From positions 70,183 to 134,182 of the IMG/VR virus record IMGVR_UViG_3300011989_000005: DNA of 64,000 bases; one strand, 5' to 3'. The position numbers and the translations under genes are program-made. Shown here piece by piece: positions 1 to 10,187 of this stretch (its first letter is position 1; each line of letters begins with the position of its first letter). The notes beneath the pieces were generated by a model that did not search any database, was not told the origin of the DNA, and was given only the letters and a program-made list of their open reading frames with translations. The stretch comes from a virus (Duplodnaviria; Caudoviricetes).

Positions 1-275
1 TTCATGATGTTGGCGTAGAAGTAGTGATCGTAGTAGTTGCGCACCGTCTCGGCTATGCGCTGGGTGGTGAACGTCAGCGGATATACCACCGTGTTGGCAT
101 GGCACGTAGTCTCGATGCCGTAGCTGTGCAGGCGGTAGTGCTTTCCGTCCTCGTCCTCCGCTATCTCGACGTAGCAGAGTTTCGCAGTGCTGTCGTACAC
201 CCACATGCCGGTGGTGCAGTCCTTTATCTGCCGCTCCGGCTTGCTGTAGTAGTATGGGATTTCTCTCTGTTCCAT
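1..275 (-). CDS. Hypothetical protein, partial (runs off the left edge)
   Basis: ATG at 275 after an A-rich leader; open frame MEQREIPYYYSKPERQIKD... to the window edge; not in the ORF track. Confidence 0.7.
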   Translation of the reverse strand, partial: MEQREIPYYYSKPERQIKDCTTGMWVYDSTAKLCYVEIAEDEDGKHYRLHSYGIETTCHANTVVYPLTFTTQRIAETVRNYYDHYFYANIM

Positions 276-286
276 TTTTGTTTTGT

Positions 287-1006
287 TTAATGTTTACGAT
301 TCTTCTTCCTTGACTGCTTCTGCGCCTTAGCCTTTGCCTTGCGCTTCTTCTTGTTGACAGGGCTGGGCGGCGTGTAGTTATTGTGCCGCCCGAAGCGCTC
401 GTAGTCCTCGTGGCTCAGCCGTCCAATCTTCCCCACCATTTCGGGGCTGGCGTTTGCGCCGATGTCAACTCGTCGCCCTGCCTCAGACTGTAGCGCCTCG
501 AACTGCTCGCGGCTCAGATAGTCAACGAAGTGCCGCTCATGCTGGCGGTCCATGTAAGTAATCTGATAGCCCGTCAGGTCGTGATGCTCGCCCGACTTGT
601 CACACACGCGGCCAAGGATTTCGAGCAGATGCCAGCCGTCCATGTAGATAGCGTCCTCGATGTGCTTCGGAAAACCGAAGTCCGAGCTGCTGTCGTATAG
701 CGTCACCATCCGCTTCTCGCCGTTCACGCCCCAGAAGCCGCCGCCGTCGCACCGTCCGTGGCGGATCTCGTCAGAGGAGAGCAGCGTGCGGTGCATATCG
801 ACGTAGCTGGCCCGGAACTTAAAGAGCGCCCCGTGCCTCACGATGACGTACTTCGGCTGCAGATCCTCGCGCAGATGCTCACGCTCCATCAGTTCCTCTA
901 ACTCGTCGCTATCGTTTCGTATCAGTTCTTTGATTCTCTCGTCAATGCCTTTCTCGGCATTCGCCCCGAGCATCTGCCGGAGCTCGTTGTACCTTTGGTC
1001 TTGCAT
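287..1006 (-). CDS. Hypothetical protein with basic C-terminal tail
   Basis: 239 aa ORF in a tightly packed minus-strand operon; ends KKKRKAKAKAQKQSRKKNRKH. Confidence 0.8.
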   Translation of the reverse strand: MQDQRYNELRQMLGANAEKGIDERIKELIRNDSDELEELMEREHLREDLQPKYVIVRHGALFKFRASYVDMHRTLLSSDEIRHGRCDGGGFWGVNGEKRMVTLYDSSSDFGFPKHIEDAIYMDGWHLLEILGRVCDKSGEHHDLTGYQITYMDRQHERHFVDYLSREQFEALQSEAGRRVDIGANASPEMVGKIGRLSHEDYERFGRHNNYTPPSPVNKKKRKAKAKAQKQSRKKNRKH

Positions 1007-1025
1007 AATCTTATTTGTTGTTTCA

Positions 1026-1274
1026 TTACAGTTGTTTCACAAACTCGTCGATGTTCTTTATCTCCTTCTCCACGAGGGCGGCCATGAGGGCGTTGAAGGT
1101 GTCGCTCTGGATGACGGCCTCCTTCTGCTTGCGCCCGTCTGCGGCGTAGTTGGTAGGCACGGTGACGGTCACGCTGGCCAGGCTTGGGTAGCTGCTCAGG
1201 ATGTCGTAGATGGTCTGCAGCTCGCGGCGCTTGCGGGCCATGCGCTCCGCCGCTTCAAGGTTCTTCGGGTCCAT
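1026..1274 (-). CDS. Hypothetical protein
   Basis: 82 aa ORF, operon packing, A-rich leader. Confidence 0.75.
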   Translation of the reverse strand: MDPKNLEAAERMARKRRELQTIYDILSSYPSLASVTVTVPTNYAADGRKQKEAVIQSDTFNALMAALVEKEIKNIDEFVKQL

Positions 1275-1320
1275 AATGTTGCTCTTTGTTTTCTTGTTGT
1301 TCTTCCTGTTGTTGTCATAA

Positions 1321-2082
1321 TTAAAATTCGTTTGATTCTTGTTTTTTATCTTTCAGCGGCAAGCCTAATTGTATTCCTAAGATTCGTCTTATATCCGAGA
1401 TGTCTTCAATATATCCCTCAAACATGGTTTCCCATTCGAACACATGAATGATAAAGGCTTCCACTTTAATCTGCATGCCGTACCTGTTCGGGATAAAAAC
1501 CCACAATCGGAATTTCGCATTCCAGTAGCTGTCACTTATCGGTTTGGTCAGATCCAACATGTCGTCCGTTTCCCAGATGCCGATATTATTTCCATGTCCG
1601 TGATACTTCATGTCGGGGAATATCTCCTGGAGCAGCGCATCTACGCTTTCCCTTGTCTCAGAGTAATTTTTCATTCCTTCTTGCAATTTCTTAGTCAGCA
1701 CAGCCAAATACGGCATACCGCCAGGCAGAATATTCCACATTGACCTCGGCTGCAGATACTTCATCTTGCCACATCCGATGCCGAGTATCACCAGTTGTTC
1801 CATCTCAGCGTGGCTGCCCGTCCACTGCGTCCCGTCCTCGCGGGTGCAAAGATTCAGGAACGACCATCCTCCACCGTCCGTCTCGCGGAACCCTCGGGGC
1901 AGTTGCATGAGCATCCCCTGTATTTCCTCCTGATAGAATTTCAATTTGTCACGACGCATGGCCATCTTTACATTGTACAGCACAGCTTCTACGAGGCGCA
2001 CATTGTCGCCCTCCTTCTCGTCGGACAGGCATTCTCTGAATACCCGTTCCACATTTTCTGATGTCAGTTCCATATTTGTCAT
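1321..2082 (-). CDS. Hypothetical phage protein, possibly a two-domain fusion
   Basis: 253 aa ORF; N-terminal half carries a GGGWSFLNLC...WTG...LPGGMPY segment. Confidence 0.75.
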   Translation of the reverse strand: MTNMELTSENVERVFRECLSDEKEGDNVRLVEAVLYNVKMAMRRDKLKFYQEEIQGMLMQLPRGFRETDGGGWSFLNLCTREDGTQWTGSHAEMEQLVILGIGCGKMKYLQPRSMWNILPGGMPYLAVLTKKLQEGMKNYSETRESVDALLQEIFPDMKYHGHGNNIGIWETDDMLDLTKPISDSYWNAKFRLWVFIPNRYGMQIKVEAFIIHVFEWETMFEGYIEDISDIRRILGIQLGLPLKDKKQESNEF

Positions 2083-2107
2083 AATGTTGTGTGGCTTTAT
2101 TAAATGT

Positions 2108-2329
2108 TTACATTTCTATTATCTCTGCCTCGCTGCGCTTGATGTCGTATGTGCCGTTCTCGTGGTCACAACGGTAGTAGGAGCCGAAGAAGTTGGTCCA
2201 TTGTTCTTTCACTGTCAGCACAGTGCCCTTTGGCAGCGTTGGCTTCTCCTTGAACCACGGTCGCGGGTAGTTCGTCAGCTCATGCAGGTCGTGAGCACAC
2301 ATAGCATTCTCTGTCAGTCGTATCTTCAT
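2108..2329 (-). CDS. Hypothetical protein
   Basis: 73 aa ORF preceded by the AAGGAGG junction motif. Confidence 0.7.
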   Translation of the reverse strand: MKIRLTENAMCAHDLHELTNYPRPWFKEKPTLPKGTVLTVKEQWTNFFGSYYRCDHENGTYDIKRSEAEIIEM

Positions 2330-2332
2330 CGG

Positions 2333-2902
2333 TCAGCCCTCCTTGATCTTAACAATTTCTTTCTTCTCTGCATCCCACTCGAAGCCTATTGACTTCAGTT
2401 TGGAAAACAGACGTTCACACTCGTCTTTGTAAGCCTTGCGGTAGATTCTGCTTCTAAAATTGCCGACACCTATATCCGGTCCGATGGAGGTGTACCCGTC
2501 CTCGATGTTCGTGCAAGCATGGTAGATGATGGCTGTGTTCGTGCCTCCGAACTTGCCCTCTGTGTCGATACCCTTATAGATAAAGATGCACTCACCCGCC
2601 ATCAGGATGTCGCCGTCCTGAGCCGTGCCGTCGGCAGCATTCACACCCTCAATGACTGGCTCGTGGGTGTTGCCGTTGTACTTGCGACCATCCCCGCACA
2701 CGATGTTATCGTCATCGTCATAATGCCAGCAGTCGGGGCAGTATTGCCGTCCGTCAATATCAAGCCAACCGCTCGATGTAGCCTCCGACAGCATATTGCC
2801 GCCGTCGGGATCATCCGTGTAACACGTGAACCCGTCGCCATTGACGAAATGCTCACCGCAGCTATCGCATACGATGATTATGGTTTCTACTTTCTTCTTC
2901 AT
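2333..2902 (-). CDS. Hypothetical protein with zinc-finger-like Cys pairs
   Basis: CDSC and CPDC pairs in a 189 aa ORF. Confidence 0.75.
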   Translation of the reverse strand: MKKKVETIIIVCDSCGEHFVNGDGFTCYTDDPDGGNMLSEATSSGWLDIDGRQYCPDCWHYDDDDNIVCGDGRKYNGNTHEPVIEGVNAADGTAQDGDILMAGECIFIYKGIDTEGKFGGTNTAIIYHACTNIEDGYTSIGPDIGVGNFRSRIYRKAYKDECERLFSKLKSIGFEWDAEKKEIVKIKEG

Positions 2903-2924
2903 TGTCGTATTCCTTTTAATAATT

Positions 2925-3845
2925 TTACTTTCTGTTCGGGTATCGCTCCTTGTAGATGCGGTCGGCCTCGGTGATGATGTTCTGGTAGTCGAAGTCGGGA
3001 TTGTGCTTCTTGATTTCGGCTATCATCAGGTGGCGCTCGATGGTCGTAAGGTCGGCACCATCTACCATCGTCCTGTATAGGTCGTAGTATTGCTTTGCTT
3101 CGTGCTCCCATGACCGTGCCTTGTTCTCAGCCGCCTTCAGTTCGTCCTGCAATTCCTTGTAAGATTTCTCCTGGTGCTTGCTGTCGAGTTCGTCTTGCAG
3201 CCGCTGGCGGTACATCAGCGAATAGTCCACCTGCTCGCGGTAGTTGCGCTGCCAGGTCTTCATGTTGTAGTAGAACTTCTCGCCGAGGTTCAACTCTGCG
3301 TCGGTGTACTTCGTCTTGTGCAGCTGCGGAGCCTTGCGTACTATCTTGATGCTGTGCAGCCACTTGTCTGGCTGGTCCTCAAAACCACCCTTGAAGGTGG
3401 TGACATACACCAGTCCTGCGTAGGGCGGCACCTCGTCGGCATCGAGCAGACCCTCCGGCACGGCATAGTAGAAGTAGTTGGGCATCCGCTCGCCCACGGG
3501 CTTCATTCTGTCCTTGGCCTGCTCTATCGTAATCTGCGGGTAACGCTTGCGCTTCTCTTTGAGCAGGTTGCCAAAGAGGTCTGCCTCGCGTGCCACGGTG
3601 CCCTCGTCGGGCAGGACCGAGTTCAGCAGCAGGTGCTTCTCCACCTTGTGACGGAAGTCGTTCATGTAGTCCGAGCGGCTTATCTTGATCTCGAACTCAT
3701 AGATGTAGCCTGCCTTGGTCCAGATGAGTTTGTCAGACTCCCAGCCGAATACAAACAGCCCGTCAACGCGGTACTTAGGCGAGGCGATGAATCCGCCCAG
3801 CACGTGCTGTATCTTCTGCTCGGTCAGTGTGGTGTCGATTGGCAT
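2925..3845 (-). CDS. PD-(D/E)xK-like nuclease-fold protein (MmcB-like) with coiled-coil C-terminus
   Basis: WESD...YIYEFEIKISRSDY and PNYFYYAVP motifs. Confidence 0.6.
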   Translation of the reverse strand: MPIDTTLTEQKIQHVLGGFIASPKYRVDGLFVFGWESDKLIWTKAGYIYEFEIKISRSDYMNDFRHKVEKHLLLNSVLPDEGTVAREADLFGNLLKEKRKRYPQITIEQAKDRMKPVGERMPNYFYYAVPEGLLDADEVPPYAGLVYVTTFKGGFEDQPDKWLHSIKIVRKAPQLHKTKYTDAELNLGEKFYYNMKTWQRNYREQVDYSLMYRQRLQDELDSKHQEKSYKELQDELKAAENKARSWEHEAKQYYDLYRTMVDGADLTTIERHLMIAEIKKHNPDFDYQNIITEADRIYKERYPNRK

Positions 3846-3847
3846 AG

Positions 3848-4357
3848 TCAGTCCTCCTTAATAATATCTTCCGAACCTTCGGCAAACCTGTGCAACGGGA
3901 ATCTGCCATCTGAAATCCATTCGCGTAGCACGTCCATCAGCGAGGAGGTCATGTGCTTGATGCACTCCACGATGTAGCGCGTGGCCTCCTTTCCGTCGTT
4001 GTCGCGGATGAAGTCGCGGATGTTTCCGCATTGATAAGCCATCTTGTAGTACCGCTCGTTGTATTTCAGATTGATGAATATCATCGGGAACGGCTCTCTG
4101 GTCCGCGAACCGACAAGAACCTCATACCATCCGCCTACGCAATCGCCGCGGCCGTCGTTTCCGATGTTGAAGATAATGTTCTTGATTGCAGCCAGACGGT
4201 AGTTCTCCTGCAAACACTTCACATACTTGACTCGTTTCTCCGTGCCATTGATACCGCAAATGCCTATGCAGTTCTCCGGCGCGTGTTCTGTTGCAACGAA
4301 AAACCCGCGCATCGTCAGTTCTTCGCTTAATGTTTCATAAAAAAATCTTTCTATCAT
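3848..4357 (-). CDS. Hypothetical protein
   Basis: 169 aa ORF, operon packing. Confidence 0.7.
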   Translation of the reverse strand: MIERFFYETLSEELTMRGFFVATEHAPENCIGICGINGTEKRVKYVKCLQENYRLAAIKNIIFNIGNDGRGDCVGGWYEVLVGSRTREPFPMIFINLKYNERYYKMAYQCGNIRDFIRDNDGKEATRYIVECIKHMTSSLMDVLREWISDGRFPLHRFAEGSEDIIKED

Positions 4358-4409
4358 ATTTCTTTATTAGTGTCAATTCGTTAAATTCGTTTGTTGAAAG
4401 AGAATTTGC

Positions 4410-4934
4410 TCATCGCACTGGCAGCGGCTTGAAGTTCGTTTCTTGGTAGTAGTCTTTGGGGTGCGTCTTGATGTACTCCTTGACTCGCTTGATACGCTTC
4501 GTCTTGAAGAATCCGCAGGCATCCTCTTTTTCGTCCACTTGCAGAAGAAGTTCGACGGGACCCTTGTAGTGGTTGTTCCTCTCGTTGCATTCTTTATTCA
4601 TGCCAATGCTGGCACAGTCGCCGTAGTGGTCTTTCGTGCCGTCTGTCTTTACATAGGCCATGTAGTAGCCGCATTGTCCGCATTTCCGGCACATTCTCCG
4701 ATTCTTCCTACAGGCGATGACCTTTTGAACATAGTCAGCCCATAGTTCCTGCTGGCTGACGGTTGTCGTGCCATACCACCAACGCTGCCGGTGCTTGCCG
4801 TACCAGCGATATACAATCAACCTGTCGTCTTCTCGCTCCGGGTGGGGCAGAATATGCAACACATGAGCCTTGCACACATCTTCCTCTGCCCTGTCGTCGT
4901 AGAAGTAATACTGCTTGCCTTCCTCTATTTTCAT
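4410..4934 (-). CDS. Hypothetical Cys-rich protein
   Basis: 174 aa ORF with CRKCGQC; junction motif upstream. Confidence 0.75.
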   Translation of the reverse strand: MKIEEGKQYYFYDDRAEEDVCKAHVLHILPHPEREDDRLIVYRWYGKHRQRWWYGTTTVSQQELWADYVQKVIACRKNRRMCRKCGQCGYYMAYVKTDGTKDHYGDCASIGMNKECNERNNHYKGPVELLLQVDEKEDACGFFKTKRIKRVKEYIKTHPKDYYQETNFKPLPVR

Positions 4935-4937
4935 CGC

Positions 4938-5342
4938 TCAGTCCTCCTTATCTTCTAATAGTCCTGCCACGCGCTCTTTCAGGTCTCGGTATTTCTTCTC
5001 CCAATAGCTTGGCCCGTGTTCCCAGTCTATCACGATGGGCACGAGGTGCAGGTCGTAGTCAATATTCATAGTTACGTTTCCATCTTGCTGCATTGTGTCA
5101 ATTTTCGGTTCTGACGCTTCCCATTGCGGCATAACCTCAAAACATAATTTCCATAGACTGACGCCACGGCACTGCGCCATATTGTAAAGCGTCATATTGG
5201 CGCGACATATCAGTTCTGCCTCCTGTTTGTCGGCATGATGCCGCAGATAAGTTTGCAGTTCGCCGTTGATGCGCTCTTCCAACTGAAGCATCTTTTGTCC
5301 GTTCTCAGGTGGCATCATGGCCACTTCATTTTGTTCTATCAT
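4938..5342 (-). CDS. Hypothetical protein
   Basis: 134 aa ORF, ATGA overlap with the upstream gene. Confidence 0.75.
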   Translation of the reverse strand: MIEQNEVAMMPPENGQKMLQLEERINGELQTYLRHHADKQEAELICRANMTLYNMAQCRGVSLWKLCFEVMPQWEASEPKIDTMQQDGNVTMNIDYDLHLVPIVIDWEHGPSYWEKKYRDLKERVAGLLEDKED

Positions 5343-5875
5343 TGTTTCTCCAGTTTAAATCTATAGCATCTGTTGTTTTGATAATGCTGCTGGCACCACT
5401 CGTGGTTGCTGGTCGTGCCGAAGCGGTGCTGGCATCGGGAGCAGCATGGGCCATTGAACTTCTGCTTGCGCGTTACCACAGGAGGCATTATGTCGAGATA
5501 TGGCCGTGCCATGATGTCAAACGTCCGCTCGTCCACAGGCTTGTCGTTGACAGCCTTGTAGGCGCCAGTCTCGAAGGCTCCCACCAGATAGCGTTCCTCT
5601 ATCTCGTCATCGAAGGGCGAGCCGTCCTTGGGGTACGCCGTTGTCAGCACCATGCCGCGCTCGGCATCGTAGCCCCGGATTTCGAAATAGTCAATCGGAG
5701 AGCTGAACGTCGGGCGGAACCGGCGGCCTTTCAGCTCGCCATACTGCTGTTCCTTGTTCAGAGTCCATGCTGTTTTATCTCCGTCTGGCGTATGGCAGAT
5801 GCCTGCGTATGTGCAGCATAACTTGCCCTCTTCGACTCTCATACCATATAGACAGGTATCACACACTTTATCCAT
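5339..5875 (-). CDS. Hypothetical Cys-rich protein
   Basis: 178 aa ORF with Cys clusters at both ends. Confidence 0.75.
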   Translation of the reverse strand: MDKVCDTCLYGMRVEEGKLCCTYAGICHTPDGDKTAWTLNKEQQYGELKGRRFRPTFSSPIDYFEIRGYDAERGMVLTTAYPKDGSPFDDEIEERYLVGAFETGAYKAVNDKPVDERTFDIMARPYLDIMPPVVTRKQKFNGPCCSRCQHRFGTTSNHEWCQQHYQNNRCYRFKLEKQ

Positions 5876-5887
5876 AACATAACGATT

Positions 5888-6187
5888 TTAATTCCCGTTT
5901 CCGGAGTTCTGTTCTATCAGGTGATCCATCTTCACGTTGCGAAAATTACTGCCATACTCGGCATTCAGGCCGTCGTACCGTGCGGCACACTCTTTGATAA
6001 TATCGCGGATGACGGGATAGCGCATCATCGCAAAGAGTATCTGCGCCGAAATCTCGTTGGCCTTGCCACTAATCACAAAATGGTTGCCCTGATGGCCGAT
6101 GAACATAAACGAGGCGTCGCTGCCCTGCAGGGTTTCGAGCCGCTGCTGAACGTCATCGAACACTTGCTTAATTTCGTTCTCTTTCAT
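5888..6187 (-). CDS. Hypothetical protein
   Basis: 99 aa ORF, operon packing. Confidence 0.75.
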   Translation of the reverse strand: MKENEIKQVFDDVQQRLETLQGSDASFMFIGHQGNHFVISGKANEISAQILFAMMRYPVIRDIIKECAARYDGLNAEYGSNFRNVKMDHLIEQNSGNGN

Positions 6188-6205
6188 AATTCGTCTTGTT
6201 AAGTA

Positions 6206-7045
6206 TTATATATACCTTTCCTTCTGATAGCCACGGACGATGACGGCATGGTCGCGCTCGTCAACGGTGATGCCCGTCTTCCAAGGACAGATGCTGCCAA
6301 TGCTGTTGTCGGGTACGCCTGCCTGCTCCAATAGTCTGCTCAACGCATCGTTTGGCCCGTAGTCGCAGTACGGCTTACTATTCACCCAGCCGTATTTGCC
6401 ATCATTATAGCGGCATCCGCCAAGGTAGTATTCCTTGCAGAGCTTGCGGAACTTCTCAATGACCTCGCTGCTGATGCCGCGCTTGGCCTTGTCTTTGGCG
6501 AGCGTGCCGAACACCATTGCCAGTCCGCCTGCGTCCGACAGGTCGCCGTTGTCCTGCATGTGGTTGCCGAATATCATGCGCGTCCACTCGTCGGCTGCTA
6601 TCTGGCAGGCTTCTTCCATTGTGTGACGCTGGCCGTGGCGATAGACGTATTCCCATTCCACGAGTTTCGTCCACTTCTCGAAGCGGTCGTCGTGCCATCC
6701 GTAGAAGTATTCCCGCCATTCCTTATACTCATCGGAGTCGTATTCAGGCTCTGGCCAATATTGCTCCTGCAGTCGGGCTTGTATGGTGTATCGCAACTTG
6801 CGCCACGAATCCACCTCGTTCATCACTTGCACTACGATGGGTGCTGCCTGCTCTCGTTTGATGCGGTCGCACTCGGGGAATGCGGTCATCAGTTCCTCGT
6901 CGGTTCTGCGTTTCGTCTGTTCTTCCATACGCTGTTGTGCTAAGGGTTTTGCTAAGTATTGCTGTCTGAATTGCTCTGGCGTGAAGCGGCGTGCAAGCCG
7001 CTTTATCCAGTCCATGCCTAATATCTTTTTTTCAGATGTTTCCAT
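6206..7045 (-). CDS. Hypothetical protein
   Basis: 279 aa ORF, operon packing. Confidence 0.8.
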   Translation of the reverse strand: METSEKKILGMDWIKRLARRFTPEQFRQQYLAKPLAQQRMEEQTKRRTDEELMTAFPECDRIKREQAAPIVVQVMNEVDSWRKLRYTIQARLQEQYWPEPEYDSDEYKEWREYFYGWHDDRFEKWTKLVEWEYVYRHGQRHTMEEACQIAADEWTRMIFGNHMQDNGDLSDAGGLAMVFGTLAKDKAKRGISSEVIEKFRKLCKEYYLGGCRYNDGKYGWVNSKPYCDYGPNDALSRLLEQAGVPDNSIGSICPWKTGITVDERDHAVIVRGYQKERYI

Positions 7046-7803
7046 GTCCGTTCTTTTAATATCCTGTCTGCTTTCTCTCCGTCATAGTGGTCGCCGCCAA
7101 GAGCGTCCATAAACTCTGCGTAGTCTTCCTGCGTCATTCCGTTGTGCTGACGGCGGAAGAAGGTGTCGTAGGTGTCGAACGAGAACATCGGCACACCGTT
7201 GAAGATACCGTAACACATTCCGAATACTTTTCCTATGTGACGTGTAATCTTCAGGCAGTCCTCCTTACTGTACTTGTAAGGGTACTCAATAAGGAACATG
7301 CCGCTGCGGGTCGAATAGACGGGTACGATGTCCAGCACCTTGTCTGTTCCTAACTCGCGCACTTTGAAGTCGCAGATAAACATGTGACTCTTCAAGTCCT
7401 CGCGTATCTTCCTCTCCCGTTCCCATACCGGCTGCATACGCTCACGGTACTTCCTGCGCTCCGACAGGCTGCCGTTCGGGTCGTACTTGAAGTCAAGTAT
7501 CTCTTCGGCCAGTGTCTCGCCGTCGGTGCAGAGGTCGCGCAGGGCACCGCAGATCATGTGTGCCGCCGTGCCGTTGCAGTCGAACTCCTGAAACTTGTCG
7601 TAAGCCTGGCGGCGACGATCCGCCAGCGGCATCGCCTCATTGTGCATAATCTCGCAAAGGAGCAGCACGCTGTCCACGTAGCGCAGTCCCATCCACGACT
7701 TGCAGTTGTTGTCAACCATCTTGTCGAAATTCTCCCACTTCGATTCTTCGATAACGCCGTGTCCCCGTTCCTTCAGGGCTTCGGCTGAATAATTATCTGT
7801 CAT
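7018..7803 (-). CDS. Hypothetical protein
   Basis: 261 aa ORF, short overlap with the next gene. Confidence 0.8.
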   Translation of the reverse strand: MTDNYSAEALKERGHGVIEESKWENFDKMVDNNCKSWMGLRYVDSVLLLCEIMHNEAMPLADRRRQAYDKFQEFDCNGTAAHMICGALRDLCTDGETLAEEILDFKYDPNGSLSERRKYRERMQPVWERERKIREDLKSHMFICDFKVRELGTDKVLDIVPVYSTRSGMFLIEYPYKYSKEDCLKITRHIGKVFGMCYGIFNGVPMFSFDTYDTFFRRQHNGMTQEDYAEFMDALGGDHYDGEKADRILKERTWKHLKKRY

Positions 7804-7809
7804 AATTCG

Positions 7810-8286
7810 TTATTTTCTTTTTACATTCAACACTTTGAGAATCTGCAGGCACTTGTCGTAGGGTATGCCATTGTACTTTCCATCCTTTCCATCGAAGTCC
7901 ACATAGAAACGGCGGCTTGGCTTGGCAAACTTGTTCCACTGCTTGATGATTTCGCGGATATGATACACCTCCTTGCCGTAGCCTGGAAGATTGATAAAGT
8001 CGCACGGTTTGCAACCGCGATACCACTCATGTTTGCTATTGTACTCGATACCCCATCGGATATCGCCCTCTACCCATACGTGGATAATCTTCTTGATGTA
8101 CTCCTTGCGTTTCCTGCCGCTGCTGCGCTCCCGAGCCCAGCACTGGACGTAGGCGTTGGCGATGTTGTACCACATGCCGTATGACGTACCGTAGTCGCCG
8201 TGGCGCATCTGGTCGTACATCCATTCGAGGCGGTAGTAAGTATGCAGCGGTCCTCGCCCGTGACGTGTCATTCTGACGTGCTTCAT
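7810..8286 (-). CDS. Hypothetical basic, aromatic-rich protein
   Basis: 158 aa ORF preceded by the junction motif. Confidence 0.7.
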   Translation of the reverse strand: MKHVRMTRHGRGPLHTYYRLEWMYDQMRHGDYGTSYGMWYNIANAYVQCWARERSSGRKRKEYIKKIIHVWVEGDIRWGIEYNSKHEWYRGCKPCDFINLPGYGKEVYHIREIIKQWNKFAKPSRRFYVDFDGKDGKYNGIPYDKCLQILKVLNVKRK

Positions 8287-8289
8287 CGT

Positions 8290-8538
8290 TCAGTCCTCCT
8301 TGATATATTTCACTCCAAAGCACCAACGAAGCATACGGCGACGGAACCAGCCAATGCGTTTGAATACTGCGATGCGTGTCATTGACTCTTCATGTTCAAG
8401 GTAGCCGATAGGTTTCGGTGGTGTCTGCACCGTGCAACCATCCATGTCGGATGCCTTGACACCCATCTGGCTAATGGCTTTACCCAACTGTTTTATGCAC
8501 TCCGCAGCCGACGGTTTCTCATTTGTTTCTTTATCCAT
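8290..8538 (-). CDS. Hypothetical protein
   Basis: 82 aa ORF ending in the junction motif (KED*). Confidence 0.7.
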   Translation of the reverse strand: MDKETNEKPSAAECIKQLGKAISQMGVKASDMDGCTVQTPPKPIGYLEHEESMTRIAVFKRIGWFRRRMLRWCFGVKYIKED

Positions 8539-8665
8539 AGTTCCTTATATTCGTTTAATTCGTTCTGTTTTTTGTAAATGAAGAGTGAAGAATGCTGCGA
8601 TTAAGCGAGAGCCATGATGCTTGCATCAATGGCCGAGCGTGAGCAGTATCGGCGAAGCCAATTTG

Positions 8666-8974
8666 CTACTGCTTGGGGGTGATTAGGTAGTCCATATTGC
8701 TCCAACCGCCTGCGGCTTTCACGTTGACGATTTCGCGATACTGCCATGCGTCTGGTATATCGTTGAGCAGTTCGCCGTATCGGTATTCTATGCGAGTGCG
8801 CCAATGGAATCCTTCGCCTGCTGGTCCATCTTTCACCTCGATATATCCCCATTCATTTGGGCGTTGCACCAGCACTTCGTGGATAAACTCGACGATGGTC
8901 TTTGCTTGGTAGTCACTCACGTCGTAGGGTGCGGTCTCATCGCCACCTGTGGGGGCTGTCTGTGTAAACTTCAT
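8666..8974 (-). CDS. Hypothetical phage protein
   Basis: 102 aa ORF preceded by the junction motif. Confidence 0.75.
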   Translation of the reverse strand: MKFTQTAPTGGDETAPYDVSDYQAKTIVEFIHEVLVQRPNEWGYIEVKDGPAGEGFHWRTRIEYRYGELLNDIPDAWQYREIVNVKAAGGWSNMDYLITPKQ

Positions 8975-9456
8975 CGCTCAGTCCTCCTTTCTTTATTATA
9001 AAGATTACTCAACCTCCTGCCGATATATTTCATCTGTTTGGGGAACCACTCGCAGGCTTCATCCTCGCTGTCGAGTACCTGGTCGATTTTCCACGCAAGG
9101 TCGCCCTTGATATCCTCAAAAGATTTCACCTGCTTCAAATCTTCAACAATACAGTTGATGTCATCTTCATTCCAGCTGCAGACGATCAGCGCGGCATTGA
9201 GCAGGCAGCCGCACTCCGCGCAATGGCTGAAATGGTCGCTCTCTGGCGATGTCTCTTCATATACCTGATGATAATACTTACCGCCATCCTCTTTGTCGAG
9301 ATTTCTCGCTTTCTCGGTGGCACAGAGATGGCAATAGTCACCGTCAATCTCTTCCACCTTGAACCCCTCACCGTCGTGCTTCTCAATATAGCACACGCTT
9401 TCAGGGGTAGAAGCCATTTGCCAAATCTCTTTTCTGATGTCTTCTGATAAATTCAT
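8971..9456 (-). CDS. Hypothetical protein with CxxC pairs
   Basis: CHLC and CAEC; start placed at ATG 9456 behind the GGAGG junction motif (track start 9486). Confidence 0.7.
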   Translation of the reverse strand: MNLSEDIRKEIWQMASTPESVCYIEKHDGEGFKVEEIDGDYCHLCATEKARNLDKEDGGKYYHQVYEETSPESDHFSHCAECGCLLNAALIVCSWNEDDINCIVEDLKQVKSFEDIKGDLAWKIDQVLDSEDEACEWFPKQMKYIGRRLSNLYNKERRTER

Positions 9457-9460
9457 ACGC

Positions 9461-9838
9461 TCAGTCCTCCATTGGTTTGCGGTCATTGCCGTTGGTGTGT
9501 ATTCGGTTGTACTCGTCGCATCGGTTCCATAAATCTTCAGGGATTCGTATCACGTCATGCTCGTCGATAATCTGGTGTATATGTCCCCACCGCTCGCAGT
9601 AGTATTCTACAGCCCGCTTATTCGTCGGATTGTCTTTCAGTCCATAGACAAACAGCCCCGAAGACACAAGGTTCTTTGCACTCACTACTTTGTTTATCTG
9701 CTTCGGCTTTTCGTTTTTGAATGGAGATTTATGCCAAGTGCCTTTGGTCAGCAGATACTCTTCGATAATCTTTTCAATGTCCATCTCCCGATAGTCCTTC
9801 AGCGTCGGGTCGCTGTAAAACATGTTGTCCTTAATCAT
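9461..9838 (-). CDS. Hypothetical protein
   Basis: 125 aa ORF. Confidence 0.7.
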   Translation of the reverse strand: MIKDNMFYSDPTLKDYREMDIEKIIEEYLLTKGTWHKSPFKNEKPKQINKVVSAKNLVSSGLFVYGLKDNPTNKRAVEYYCERWGHIHQIIDEHDVIRIPEDLWNRCDEYNRIHTNGNDRKPMED

Positions 9839-9964
9839 ATCGTTCTATTTTTTAATTCTATTCTTTCTTCTAAAGACAGCTGCCAGTGCGGACATTCCTC
9901 GCATCGAATGATTGAAGCTATCCTGCACCATTGCGGTTTTTTCCTTACTCCACATTCCATATCC

Positions 9965-10183
9965 TCACTGTTCGTTTAATTGTACTGCCAGTAATTTCTG
10001 AATCGTGTCGTTTACCTTCTCTTCCGTCGGGAACGGACCGCCGTCAAACAAAAGCATGTGAGGTTCTTTGTCTTCATTAAGAAGCCAGCACTCTATGTGA
10101 ATGCCGTCTTTCACTTTGCTCTTGTCGATTTTTATCTGCTCTGGGTATGCCATCTGGAATAGCATCAATGTGTATCTCGTCAT
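9965..10183 (-). CDS. Hypothetical protein
   Basis: 72 aa ORF preceded by a junction-motif variant. Confidence 0.65.
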   Translation of the reverse strand: MTRYTLMLFQMAYPEQIKIDKSKVKDGIHIECWLLNEDKEPHMLLFDGGPFPTEEKVNDTIQKLLAVQLNEQ

Positions 10184-10187
10184 ACGC